Source of the DNA: Nitrospirota bacterium
GTDB lineage: Bacteria; Nitrospirota; Nitrospiria; 2-01-FULL-66-17
Reading direction: 5' to 3'
Assembly: GCA_049325335.1 (NCBI GenBank)
Contig: JBMOMC010000002.1
Location: forward strand, 288,001-352,000
Length of the DNA stretch: 64,000 nt
Part shown: one piece after another, positions 1-9,231 of the stretch
Layout: each line of letters opens with the position of its first letter
Numbering within the stretch: position 1 is the stretch's first letter
The notes under the pieces: model-generated
Database searches by the model: none
What the model was told of the DNA's origin: nothing
The model's input: only the letters and a program-made list of their open reading frames with translations
Made by a program: the position numbers and the translations under genes

Positions 1-2
1 GG

Positions 3-1082
3 CACGGGGACCAATTGTCGGATGGAGGGAATGCCCGCGTGGGGGCGTCGCTGGGCGGATCGTTGAGCGGGTGGCTGGCATGGGGCTACCATCCCGAACT
101 TCGTTATCCGGTCGGGGTGACCGACGATCTGGATCTTGCCGCGCGCTCGGCCTACGTGGAACTGGCGGGCAAGGGACTGGCGTTGACCGTGGGCCGCGAG
201 TCGCTCTGGTGGGGGCCGGGGTATCGCGGAACATTGTTGGTGACCGATCATGCGGCGCCGTTTGATCTAGTCCGGGTGGAGACGAGTCGACCGTGGTACC
301 TCAAGTGGATCGGCCCGATGTCGGCCCATGTGTTCGTCACGCGGTTGGAGGCGGATCGCCTCGCGATTCCCCGTCCGTTCCTGGCCGGGTTTCGTCTTGC
401 GTTCCGTCCGTGGCCTGAGCTAGAATTCGGCCTTTCGCGGACCGCAATGTTCGGCGGTGAGGGCCGCCCGGTAACCGCTGGGCTCATCTGGGACGTGATC
501 CGGGCGAAAGGCGAGAACGACACGCGTAATCCCGGCAATCAGCTCGGGGGAATCGACGCGACGATCCGGATTCCGTGGCGCCCGCAACCGGTCGCTTTGT
601 ACCTGGAGTGGGCTGGAGAAGATGAGGCGAACGGGTTTCCGTCACACCCTGCCGTGGTCGCGGGCGTGTATCTCCCAACCCTAGCCGGCTCTTCCCAGTG
701 GTCGTTACGGACCGAGTGGGCGGACAACGCGTTCGCGGACGTGCCGGGTATCTGGTATCAACACGCGGTGTATCAATCGGGATATACCTACCAGGGCGTG
801 GTGATCGGCCATCCCATGGGAACGGATGCCAGAATGCTCAGTATGGAACTGGACCGACGCGTCACACCGGAGTGGATGGTCAGTGCGTTGTATGACGCTG
901 TGACAAGCGGCGTGTTCGGACCGGGCGAGACGTCGGGGCGAAGTCCCGGGGTGCGACTCGTGTATGAGTCGGCGACGTGGTCAACGGCCATGGAGTACCG
1001 CTATACGCGAATGGAAGAGCCCCTTGGTCCCTCGCACGATGATGGGCACGTCGTCAGTTTTTCCGTTCGCACAGGATGGTGA
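3..1082 (+). CDS. wzi: Capsule assembly Wzi-family outer-membrane protein (5'-partial, frame open to window edge)
   Basis: GRESLWWGPGYRGTLLVTDHA and PGNQLGGID motifs, YTYQGVVIGHPMG, C-terminal aromatic residue (W); heads the polysaccharide locus. Confidence 0.8.
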   Translation, partial: HGDQLSDGGNARVGASLGGSLSGWLAWGYHPELRYPVGVTDDLDLAARSAYVELAGKGLALTVGRESLWWGPGYRGTLLVTDHAAPFDLVRVETSRPWYLKWIGPMSAHVFVTRLEADRLAIPRPFLAGFRLAFRPWPELEFGLSRTAMFGGEGRPVTAGLIWDVIRAKGENDTRNPGNQLGGIDATIRIPWRPQPVALYLEWAGEDEANGFPSHPAVVAGVYLPTLAGSSQWSLRTEWADNAFADVPGIWYQHAVYQSGYTYQGVVIGHPMGTDARMLSMELDRRVTPEWMVSALYDAVTSGVFGPGETSGRSPGVRLVYESATWSTAMEYRYTRMEEPLGPSHDDGHVVSFSVRTGW

Positions 1083-1088
1083 CGAACT

Positions 1089-2198
1089 ATGGGTCCGGTT
1101 GCTGAAGACGAACCAAGGGTGACCGGGGATGCGGTCGGCGAGGAGTCGGTTGAGCTCTTCGACTACCTGCGCGTGATGTGGTCCCATCGGTGGCTCATTG
1201 GTCTGGGGACCGCGGCGGCGATCGGTCTAGCCTTGTGGTACGCCGTGTCTGCGCCCAGGACCTACCAGGCGTCGATGTTGCTGAAGGTCGGCACGGTGTT
1301 CACGTCCGCTGACGGCGGCAGCGCGCGGCTGGGCCTCATCGAATCGCCGAAAACCATTGCACAGGTCTTAACCGGCGACGCCATGCTCGATACACTGCGT
1401 GAGCGTTTGGAAGTCCCCGGACTCACGATCGGCGCGCTGCGCGGCGCGCTGAAGGTCCAGGTCGTGAAAAATGATTTGGACGTGGCGGCGACCACCCTCA
1501 TCGAGCTCAAATTGACCCTGACGGATCCCCGCCAGGCTGCCGACGGGCTCACATTTCTCGCCGAGACGTTGATGGCGGAGCACGCGCCCGTTTACGCCGC
1601 CGGATTGGCCATCATTGATCGCGAGCAGGAAGGCCTGAAAGAACGACTACTCGTCAACAAGAAACAGGAGGAGGGGTTGAGACTGCAGATCGCGGACCTG
1701 CGCGCCCAGGTGTCGTCGGAGGCGCGATACCGCGAGGGGCTTGATCGCAGTATCGCACGGATCGAAGCTGAAATGAGTCAGGCTCGAGCCCGCCTCACTG
1801 AAACCCCACCCAACGCGTCGGAAGCATTGTGGGAGCAGACGTTATTTCAAAGCCGCCAGGTGCATTTAGACGAGTTGTATCGCGAACGGAACGAAAGCGA
1901 GCTGCGGAGCAACGCGACCAAAACCCAGATGTTCGGGGTGGAGGGAACCGCAACCGGTCTGGCCGTGCAGCGGGGAGAGTATGAGAACCGGATTGCGGAG
2001 CTGACCGCGTACCGTACGCGATCCGAAAACACCAAGGTGCGGAGTGCGCCGGTGTTGCCGTCGGTCCCGGTCGGCCCCCAGCGGAGACTGATTGTGGGGC
2101 TTGGCGCAGTTATTGGATTGGTCAGCTTCATGCTGCTCGCGTTTTTTCTCGAATACGTGAGAACCGCCAGAGAGCGGAGGTTGTACGGACTGCGGTGA
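1089..2198 (+). CDS. Wzz/polysaccharide co-polymerase (chain-length determinant)-like protein
   Basis: N-terminal ELFDYLRVMW followed by a TM helix, long coiled-coil periplasmic region, Pro-rich PVLPSVPVGP before the second TM helix. Confidence 0.8.
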   Translation: MGPVAEDEPRVTGDAVGEESVELFDYLRVMWSHRWLIGLGTAAAIGLALWYAVSAPRTYQASMLLKVGTVFTSADGGSARLGLIESPKTIAQVLTGDAMLDTLRERLEVPGLTIGALRGALKVQVVKNDLDVAATTLIELKLTLTDPRQAADGLTFLAETLMAEHAPVYAAGLAIIDREQEGLKERLLVNKKQEEGLRLQIADLRAQVSSEARYREGLDRSIARIEAEMSQARARLTETPPNASEALWEQTLFQSRQVHLDELYRERNESELRSNATKTQMFGVEGTATGLAVQRGEYENRIAELTAYRTRSENTKVRSAPVLPSVPVGPQRRLIVGLGAVIGLVSFMLLAFFLEYVRTARERRLYGLR

Positions 2199-2278
2199 CG
2201 CTCATAACCCACGGGAAAAGCGCGCGTCGATTCGGCGTACCTGAGCGTTGTAAGCGGGATTTCTAGTCACGGCTCACC

Positions 2279-3577
2279 ATGCCTACGCTCGACGATATTA
2301 ACCGGAAAAAATCCGCAATCGGCGTGATCGGCCTCGGGTACGTGGGCTTGCCGCTCGCGGTGGAGTTTGCGAAAGCGGGGTTCTCGGTCACCGGAATCGA
2401 TGTGGATGCCGCCAAGGTCGAGTCGTTGTCCCGGGGCCGCTCGTACGTGCAGGACGTGCCGGATCGCGATGTGCGGGCTGCGTTGCAGGCGGGCCGATTC
2501 AGGGCGACGACTGATTTTGCCGCGCTGCGTCGGCTGGACGCGGTGAGTATCTGCGTGCCCACGCCGCTTCGGAAGACCAAAGACCCGGATATCTCCTATA
2601 TCGCCGCCGCGACGAAACAGGTCGCCAAGTATTTACCCCAGGGGCAGCTCGTGGTGCTGGAGAGCACCACGTACCCGGGTACGACCAATGAAGTCGTGTT
2701 GTCCGCGTTAGCCAAGAACGGCAAACGCGTCGGTAAGGATTTCTTCCTCGCGTTTTCCCCGGAGCGGGTTGATCCCGGAAATCCGACGTTTCAGACCCGG
2801 AACACCCCCAAGATCATCGGCGGGGTCACGCCCCAGTGCACCAAGCTCGCGGTGGCGTTGTATCGGCACGCCGTGGACACCGTGGTTCCGGTCAGCTCCA
2901 CGCAAGCCGCCGAGATGGTCAAACTCCTGGAGAACACGTTCCGCGCCATCAACATCGGATTGGCCAACGAGGTGGCGCTGATGTGCCGCACATTGGGCAT
3001 CGACGTGTGGGAAGTGATCGACGCGGCCTCCACCAAGCCGTTCGGGTTCATGCCGTTTTATCCCGGGCCGGGCCTGGGCGGGCATTGCATTCCGATCGAC
3101 CCCTTGTATCTGTCGTGGAAACTCAAGGCATTCAACTACAACGCGCGCTTCATCGAACTGGCGAGCGAGATCAACACCAAGATGCCGGAGCACGTGGTGG
3201 AACTCGTGGCCGACGCGTTGAATCGCGCCAAAAAGAGCGTGAACGGAGCGAAGCTCCTGGTGGCGGGCGTGTCGTACAAGCGCAACGTGGACGACGTGCG
3301 TGAGTCCCCGGCACTGGACATCATCCGGCTGTTGGCGTCCAAGGGCGCGTCTGTCGCGTACACCGACCCTCACGTCCCCAAGCTGGACGTGGGCAACGGG
3401 CGGATACTCAAATCCGCCAGCCCCGACCGTGTGGCCTCGTACGACGCGGTGGTGATCGTCACCGACCACCATGCGTTCGATTATAAAGCCATGGTGGCGC
3501 AGGCCAAGTTGGTAATCGACACCCGCAATGCCACGAAAGATGTGAAGCAGGGGCGATCAAAGATCGTGAAGTTGTAA
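2279..3577 (+). CDS. UDP-N-acetylhexosamine 6-dehydrogenase (WbpA/WecC-type nucleotide-sugar dehydrogenase)
   Basis: GLGYVGLP, ICVPTP, LESTTYPG, FSPERVDPG, GPGLGGHCIPIDP catalytic motif. Confidence 0.93.
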   Translation: MPTLDDINRKKSAIGVIGLGYVGLPLAVEFAKAGFSVTGIDVDAAKVESLSRGRSYVQDVPDRDVRAALQAGRFRATTDFAALRRLDAVSICVPTPLRKTKDPDISYIAAATKQVAKYLPQGQLVVLESTTYPGTTNEVVLSALAKNGKRVGKDFFLAFSPERVDPGNPTFQTRNTPKIIGGVTPQCTKLAVALYRHAVDTVVPVSSTQAAEMVKLLENTFRAINIGLANEVALMCRTLGIDVWEVIDAASTKPFGFMPFYPGPGLGGHCIPIDPLYLSWKLKAFNYNARFIELASEINTKMPEHVVELVADALNRAKKSVNGAKLLVAGVSYKRNVDDVRESPALDIIRLLASKGASVAYTDPHVPKLDVGNGRILKSASPDRVASYDAVVIVTDHHAFDYKAMVAQAKLVIDTRNATKDVKQGRSKIVKL

Positions 3578-3586
3578 TACGTGACG

Positions 3587-4540
3587 ATGACTTACTTGGT
3601 CACCGGCGGAGCCGGGTTCATTGGCTCGCACATTGTCGGAGCGCTTCTTAGGAAGGGGCAAACCGTCCGGGTGCTCGATAACTTCGCGACCGGACGGCGC
3701 GCGAACCTCGATGCCGTGCGCGCGGCGTGCGGCGTGGGAGCGGACGATCCGCGGCTGACCGTGATCGAAGGCGACATCCGTGATCAACGGACGTGCGTTG
3801 ACGCGATCAGCGGCGTCAAGTATGTACTACACCAGGCCGCGTTGCCGTCCGTGCCGCGGTCCATCGCGGATCCCATCGGCACCACGGCCGTGAACGTGAC
3901 CGGCACGCTCAACGTGCTCTGGGCCGCAAAAGAAGCCAAGGTCAAACGCGTGGTGTACGCGTCGTCCTCGTCGGTGTACGGCGACACCCCGGTGCTGCCC
4001 AAGGTCGAATCCCTGCCCACGAATCCGCTCTCACCCTACGCGGTGAGCAAGTTGGCCGGCGAGCAGTTCTGCAAGGTGTTTTACCGCGCCTACGGCCTGC
4101 CGACCGTGGCCTTACGATACTTCAACGTGTACGGCCCGCGGCAAGACCCGGAGTCGCAGTACGCAGCCGTGATTCCCAGGTTCGTGGCCGCGCTCAAAGC
4201 CGGACGTCCCGTCACCATCTTCGGCGACGGCACGCAATCGCGGGACTTTACGTTTGTGGGCGATTGCGTGAACGCGAATCTGTTGGCCTGCGAGAGCCCA
4301 CATGCGGTGGGCGAGGCCATGAACGTGGCCTACGGCGAACGCACCACGCTCAACGCGCTCTATGCGGAACTGGCGCGCCTGCTCAAGTCATCGCTCAAAC
4401 CCGAATACACCGAGTCTCGGCCCGGCGACGTGAAACACTCGCTCGCGGACCTCACGCGCGCCGAAACGCTGTTGGGGTACAAGCCCGAGGTGGACATCAA
4501 AACCGGGGTGAGGCGGCTCGTCGAGGCCTGGCCCGCATGA
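3587..4540 (+). CDS. Extended SDR nucleotide-sugar 4-epimerase (WbpP-like)
   Basis: TGGAGFIG, HQAALPSVPRS, YAVSK (YxxxK), RYFNVYGPRQDP. Confidence 0.9.
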   Translation: MTYLVTGGAGFIGSHIVGALLRKGQTVRVLDNFATGRRANLDAVRAACGVGADDPRLTVIEGDIRDQRTCVDAISGVKYVLHQAALPSVPRSIADPIGTTAVNVTGTLNVLWAAKEAKVKRVVYASSSSVYGDTPVLPKVESLPTNPLSPYAVSKLAGEQFCKVFYRAYGLPTVALRYFNVYGPRQDPESQYAAVIPRFVAALKAGRPVTIFGDGTQSRDFTFVGDCVNANLLACESPHAVGEAMNVAYGERTTLNALYAELARLLKSSLKPEYTESRPGDVKHSLADLTRAETLLGYKPEVDIKTGVRRLVEAWPA

Positions 4541-5085
4541 TCGTCAAGGAAACTCCGCTTGCCGGCCTGCTGGTGATCGAGCCGCGCGTGTTTCGCGACG
4601 ACCGCGGATTCTTTTGGGAGACGCACCACGCGCGCCGGTACGCCGAGGCCGGGATCGCGGACCCGTTCGTCCAGGACAATGCGTCGCGGTCCACGAAGGG
4701 CACGCTCCGCGGCCTGCACTATCAGCTCAAACGCCCGCAGGGCAAGCTGGTGTGGGTCATACGCGGCGAGGTGTTCGACGTGGCGGTGGACATCCGGAAA
4801 AATTCACCCACGTTCGGCAAGTGGCACGGTGAGCGGCTATCCGGAGATGAGCCAAAACAACTGTACATTCCCCCAGGGTTTGCCCATGGGTTTTGCGTGT
4901 TGAGCGAGTCGGCGGATTTCATGTACAAGTGCACCAACCTCTACGCGCCCGACGATGAGCGGGGGATCCTGTGGAACGATCCGGACATCGGGATCGAGTG
5001 GCCGCTCGTTGAGCCGAGGCTCTCGGACAAGGATCAACGGTTCCAGCGGCTGCGCAACGTCCCTCCCGTGGATCTGTTCGGATGA
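4537..5085 (+). CDS. rmlC: dTDP-4-dehydrorhamnose 3,5-epimerase
   Basis: ATG overlaps the upstream stop (ATGA); DDRGFF, FVQDN, GTLRGLHYQ, QGKLV, GFAHGF motifs. Confidence 0.93.
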   Translation: MIVKETPLAGLLVIEPRVFRDDRGFFWETHHARRYAEAGIADPFVQDNASRSTKGTLRGLHYQLKRPQGKLVWVIRGEVFDVAVDIRKNSPTFGKWHGERLSGDEPKQLYIPPGFAHGFCVLSESADFMYKCTNLYAPDDERGILWNDPDIGIEWPLVEPRLSDKDQRFQRLRNVPPVDLFG

Positions 5086-5267
5086 GCGACCAATCGTCCG
5101 AACAGGCGGCGAAGAACCTGGCCGCCTGGGCCGAGATCACGGATCTGTGCTTGGCGCTGCGGCGCGCGGTACTGGCCCAGTCGATCCCCGCGGAGCAGGT
5201 CGAGGCGCGACTGTTTGCCGAGATTCGGGAACGGAAAGAGCGCGCGTGGCGAATGACGCCTACCTGA
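5082..5267 (+). CDS. Small helical hypothetical protein, putative antitoxin partner of the downstream nucleotidyltransferase
   Basis: 61 aa; ATGA overlap with rmlC; overlaps the start of the next gene as in TA pairs. Confidence 0.45.
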   Translation: MSDQSSEQAAKNLAAWAEITDLCLALRRAVLAQSIPAEQVEARLFAEIRERKERAWRMTPT

Positions 5268-5458
5268 CCGCGGTTATCAGGGTATTGCAGGCGCAGCACG
5301 TAGACTTCGCTCTTGCCGGCGGTCTCGCATACAGCGCGTTGGTGACGCCGCGCGCGACCGTGGATATCGATGTCCTAATCCTCATGCCGACGCGTCCGCC
5401 GACCGATCTCTTCGAGGGCCTTCGCGCCGCGCTACCGGGCCGGTCGGAGTCCTCGTGA
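5246..5458 (+). pseudogene. Truncated nucleotidyltransferase (AbiEii/DUF6036-like)
   Basis: GTG start, FALAGGLA...PRATVDIDVL NTase signature, but the frame stops after about 70 aa. Confidence 0.6.
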
Positions 5459-5859
5459 TGGGATCGTTCGACCCGGTGGTCCACGTCATTCGCCGCCGGC
5501 TGCCGGACGTCGTGGCGATCGACCGTTACGGGTCGGTGGTGACCGAGTACGAAAGGCGGGATAGCGACGTGGACCTCGCGGTGCTGCCCGCGCGACCGTT
5601 GACATTCGATATCAGTCTGAAGCTCGCGGGGGACGTGGGGGACATGGTGCGGCGGCCCGTTGATCTCGTCGATTGGCTGAAGGCGCCCACGATTCTTCTG
5701 GTGCAGATCATCGCCTATGGCGAGCGGTTGTATTGCGCCGACGAGCGCGCCTGCGCCGTGTTCGAGGACGACGTGTTTTCCTCGTACGCCAAATTCAATG
5801 AAGAGCGGCGGGAACTGGTGGCCGACATCCTCGCGCGCGGGAGCGTGTATGGCGGATGA
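5455..5859 (+). CDS. mntA: MNT minimal nucleotidyltransferase antitoxin (type VII HepT/MntA)
   Basis: GS-x10-DVD motif (GSVVTEYERRDSDVD), RPVDLVD, C-terminal YAKFNEERRELVADILARGSVYG. Confidence 0.8.
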   Translation: MMGSFDPVVHVIRRRLPDVVAIDRYGSVVTEYERRDSDVDLAVLPARPLTFDISLKLAGDVGDMVRRPVDLVDWLKAPTILLVQIIAYGERLYCADERACAVFEDDVFSSYAKFNEERRELVADILARGSVYGG

Positions 5860-6079
5860 CGTCCTGTTGGCCAAGACCGCAATCGACGCGGCCGTGCACC
5901 TTGTCCGGATCAAGCACCTCGGGCTCCCGCAGGAGAGCCGGGAAGCGTTCACCCTACTTCGACCTCGCGCCGCGGCGAAGCGCCAAGGACGCGTTCGCCG
6001 CGGCGGTCGTCCAGCTTCCCTGAAGATCCGCGGGTCGTCGAACAGCGCGTCGGGGCGCGCAGCTTCTTCCTGTGAATAG
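5849..6079 (+). pseudogene. hepT: Decayed HEPN (DUF86) toxin
   Basis: MADDVLLAK start and AIDAAVHLVRIKHLGLPQESREAFTLL match HepT; the intervening helices and the C-terminal RX4HXY motif are missing. Confidence 0.7.
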
Positions 6080-6463
6080 CAACTTCTTCCTTGAGTCCAA
6101 TCGCTCGTTTGGTGTATAAATTTTGACATCTCGTGCTGGAAATGGATCCCCGACACGCAGGAGATTCCGTTGCGCCGGCGCAGGTCACTTGGCAACGCCG
6201 TGCAGGTGGTGAAGCAACAAGGCTTTGCTCCATGACGGTTCTGCATGATCACTACAGGGAGGGAGAACGCAGGTGCACGATTCGGCAGACGAACGGGCGC
6301 CGACGAGCGACGGTTCAGGGTCAATCGGTTCCTCGCTCCCTGTCTCAGTATTCGCGCACGGCATTCTCACTGACGGCGGCTTGTCACGGAGCCTTGCTTC
6401 GAAAACCACCCCATATCGTTCGTTGCACCACGGCATCAGCAGCAACGAGTTAGGGGTGCGAGG

Positions 6464-7672
6464 GTGACCGGATCTCGCGTACCTGATTTTACGATCATCG
6501 GGGGTGGGGTGATCGGCATTGCTATCGCGCGCGAACTGGTGTCAAGACACCCATGCCGTGTGGTGGTTCTTGAGAAGGAATCTGCACTGGCCCGACACGC
6601 CAGCGGACGCAACAGCGGCGTGCTGCACGCTGGATTCTATTATCAGCCCGGGAGCCTCAAGGCGATGTTCTGCCGCGATGGGAATGCCGCGTTGAAAGAG
6701 TTCTGCCGTAAGCAGGGCTTGCCGTTGTCCGAAGGCGGCAAGGTGGTGGTGGCGCGGAATGAGAAAGAAGTTGACTCGCTCCACGAACTGGAAAGGCGGG
6801 GGAAAGCCAACGGGGTCCCGGTCCGGCTGATCGACGAGAAGGAACTGGCGGACGTTGAGCCGTATGCGAAAACCTTCGCCAAGGCACTGTACTCCCCCAC
6901 AACGGCCGTGGTGGATCCCGCCAACGTGTGTGAGGCCTTGGCTGCAGATGCCGAGTCACATGGCGTGGAGTTTCTGCTCAACACGGCGTTGATTTCCGTC
7001 AATCGCGAGCGTCAAGTCATTGCGACGAACCACGGGGACATGCCGTTTCGTTATCTCATCAACTGCGGCGGCGCATACGCGGATCGGATCGCGCATGGTT
7101 TCGGGGTGGGTTTGGAATACCGGTTGCTGCCGTTTCGGGGAAGCTACTACGAGTTGGCGCCGACAAAGACGCCGTTGATACGCTCGAATGTGTATCCGGT
7201 CCCGGACCTTAGAAATCCGTTTCTTGGCGTGCACTTTACCAGGACCGTGCATGGAGAAGTTATCGTCGGACCGACCGCGATGCCGGTGTTCGGTCGCGAA
7301 GCCTATCACGGCTTTACCGACGTTGAGAAGGGAGAGATATGGCCTATCGTCAAAACCGAGGTTTCCCTCTGGTTTCGGAACCAGGCGAACTTCCGGGCCA
7401 TTGCCAGGGATGAGATGCGCCGATACGTGAAGCCGTGGTTCGTCCGAGAAGCGAAACAGCTCGTGCCTAACGTCACGAGTCGTGATTTTGTGCCGTCCAG
7501 TCATCGTGGGATCAGAGCGCAGTTGGTAAGTCTCAAGGAACGAAAGCTGGTCTCGGACTTTGTCGTCGCCCAAGGGGAGAACTCGACGCACGTCCTTAAC
7601 GCGGTGTCTCCGGCGTTCACGTGTTCGCTGCCGTTTTCAAAACATGTCGTCGGTCTGATCACGCGGACATGA
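6464..7672 (+). CDS. lhgO: L-2-hydroxyglutarate oxidase-like FAD oxidoreductase
   Basis: IIGGGVIG, HASGRNSGVLHAGFYY, YPVPDLRNPFLGVHFT, NAVSPAFT. Confidence 0.88.
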   Translation: MTGSRVPDFTIIGGGVIGIAIARELVSRHPCRVVVLEKESALARHASGRNSGVLHAGFYYQPGSLKAMFCRDGNAALKEFCRKQGLPLSEGGKVVVARNEKEVDSLHELERRGKANGVPVRLIDEKELADVEPYAKTFAKALYSPTTAVVDPANVCEALAADAESHGVEFLLNTALISVNRERQVIATNHGDMPFRYLINCGGAYADRIAHGFGVGLEYRLLPFRGSYYELAPTKTPLIRSNVYPVPDLRNPFLGVHFTRTVHGEVIVGPTAMPVFGREAYHGFTDVEKGEIWPIVKTEVSLWFRNQANFRAIARDEMRRYVKPWFVREAKQLVPNVTSRDFVPSSHRGIRAQLVSLKERKLVSDFVVAQGENSTHVLNAVSPAFTCSLPFSKHVVGLITRT

Positions 7673-7676
7673 CTGC

Positions 7677-9203
7677 GTGGTAAGCAAAGCGATATCTATT
7701 ACGGTCTTTTCGGGTTTGGGGGTCATTCTCAATTTCTTCCTCCAGGCCTATCTTGCCTATCGGTTTGGGGCCCGCTGGGAGATGGATGCCTTCTTAGTTT
7801 CGACTACGCTGCCTCAGCTCGTGAATATGGTGCTCATCGGATCGATGGCGTTCACGGTCCTCCCGAGCATCATCCATGCCAGGGAGACAGACGGAATCTC
7901 TAGATTCTGGGAGTTGGCCTCGGTGTTCTTCACATCGACGATAGTCATACTCCTGTTGGTTGCGCTGGGTCTCTATCTTGGAGCCACGGGGTTGACTGTG
8001 CTGATGGCTCCAGGATTGAGCGACCAAGCTTCTGCTCTCAGCTCAGAACTTCTTGCGGTTCAGGCAGCGGCGATTGTTTTTTGGGGAATATCCAGCGTTC
8101 TGATTTGCGCTCATAACGGATCCAGTAGCTTTAGCTGGCCGGTGCTCTCTCAGTCGATAAACATTGTTGTGACTGGAGCTGTTACCGTCTTACTGGCTGG
8201 TCATTTCGGAATTTTATCGCTCGGGATAGGCATACTGGCTGGTGCTGTTCTTCAGAGTATAGCGTTGGTCCTTACCTTGAAGGAGAGATCTCGGCTCAAA
8301 GTAAAGCTCGGTCTTGGTGACCATGAAGTCCGGCGGGTAGCTCTCCTTATTATTCCATTAGTCCTTGGTTCTTTATTTGTCAAAACGGATATTCTAGTAG
8401 ATCGGTACCTCGCGTCGTCATTACCTGAAGGGAGCATTTCCTATCTCGGCTATGCATGGAGGCTGGTGGCGACGCTTTCCGGTGTGATCTGCAGCGGAGT
8501 CGTCATAACGAGCTTTTCTCAAATATGTGGGTTGGTGTCTAGCAACAAGTTCGATGAGCTTCAGGGGGCTTTTGAGCGCGTCTTCAGGGCAATGCTCTTC
8601 GTTCTGATGCCGATAGCCGTTTTTCTCGTTCTCCGAGCGCAGGAAATTTCTTCGCTATTGTTCCAGAGAGGCCTCTTCACTCAGAGAGATTCATCTGATG
8701 TATCTATTGCCGTCATCGGATATCTCGGGCTTCTGTTTGGACATGCGTTACTTCTCCATCTAAGCAATATGTTCTATGCGTTAAGAGATACTGTGACCCC
8801 AACCATATGTCTTGCCGTGTGTTTTGGGGTTGGTGTCATGGCAAAGATCTGGTTGGCTGGCCGTCTATCTTTCGTAGGTCTAGCAATCGGAACTTCGCTT
8901 TACTACCTCATTGATGTCGTTTCAGTGTATCTCATCTTACAGCGTCGACTCAATCACACCCTTGTCCACAATCTTGGATCCTTTGTGTTCCGTGGCTGCC
9001 TGTGTAGTGGAGTAATGGCCCTGGGAATCTTGGGCGTGGATAGGAGTATTCCCGTCAATGCAGGGTTGATGGTTCATATGATCGTGGCCTCAATTGTTGG
9101 CGGCGTGGCATATATCTCTGCAGCCTATGCCCTAGATCTGAGGGAGGGGAAATGGACCGTGGTCTATGCAATAAGCCGCCTTCGTCTCAGCCAACGATCG
9201 TAA
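7677..9203 (+). CDS. MurJ/MviN-family (MOP) lipid-linked oligosaccharide flippase
   Basis: Many TM segments; AYRFGA..MDAF, VDRYLASSLPEGSISYLGYA, LFQRGLFT, FYALRDT motifs. Confidence 0.85.
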   Translation: MVSKAISITVFSGLGVILNFFLQAYLAYRFGARWEMDAFLVSTTLPQLVNMVLIGSMAFTVLPSIIHARETDGISRFWELASVFFTSTIVILLLVALGLYLGATGLTVLMAPGLSDQASALSSELLAVQAAAIVFWGISSVLICAHNGSSSFSWPVLSQSINIVVTGAVTVLLAGHFGILSLGIGILAGAVLQSIALVLTLKERSRLKVKLGLGDHEVRRVALLIIPLVLGSLFVKTDILVDRYLASSLPEGSISYLGYAWRLVATLSGVICSGVVITSFSQICGLVSSNKFDELQGAFERVFRAMLFVLMPIAVFLVLRAQEISSLLFQRGLFTQRDSSDVSIAVIGYLGLLFGHALLLHLSNMFYALRDTVTPTICLAVCFGVGVMAKIWLAGRLSFVGLAIGTSLYYLIDVVSVYLILQRRLNHTLVHNLGSFVFRGCLCSGVMALGILGVDRSIPVNAGLMVHMIVASIVGGVAYISAAYALDLREGKWTVVYAISRLRLSQRS

Positions 9204-9231
9204 CGGGATAGATATATAGATATTAGGGAGC

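Noticed and set aside
2199..2278. JUMPstart/ops antitermination element before the sugar genes
   Set aside because: No GGCGGTAG-type ops sequence visible
5260..6324. 354-aa minus-strand ORF across the TA region
   Set aside because: Antisense shadow of motif-bearing plus-strand genes; no recognisable motifs
5960..6463. Short ORFs (6133-6453, 6273-6467, 5949-6233) between hepT and lhgO
   Set aside because: May be gene debris, but no family, SD or consistent frame could be supported
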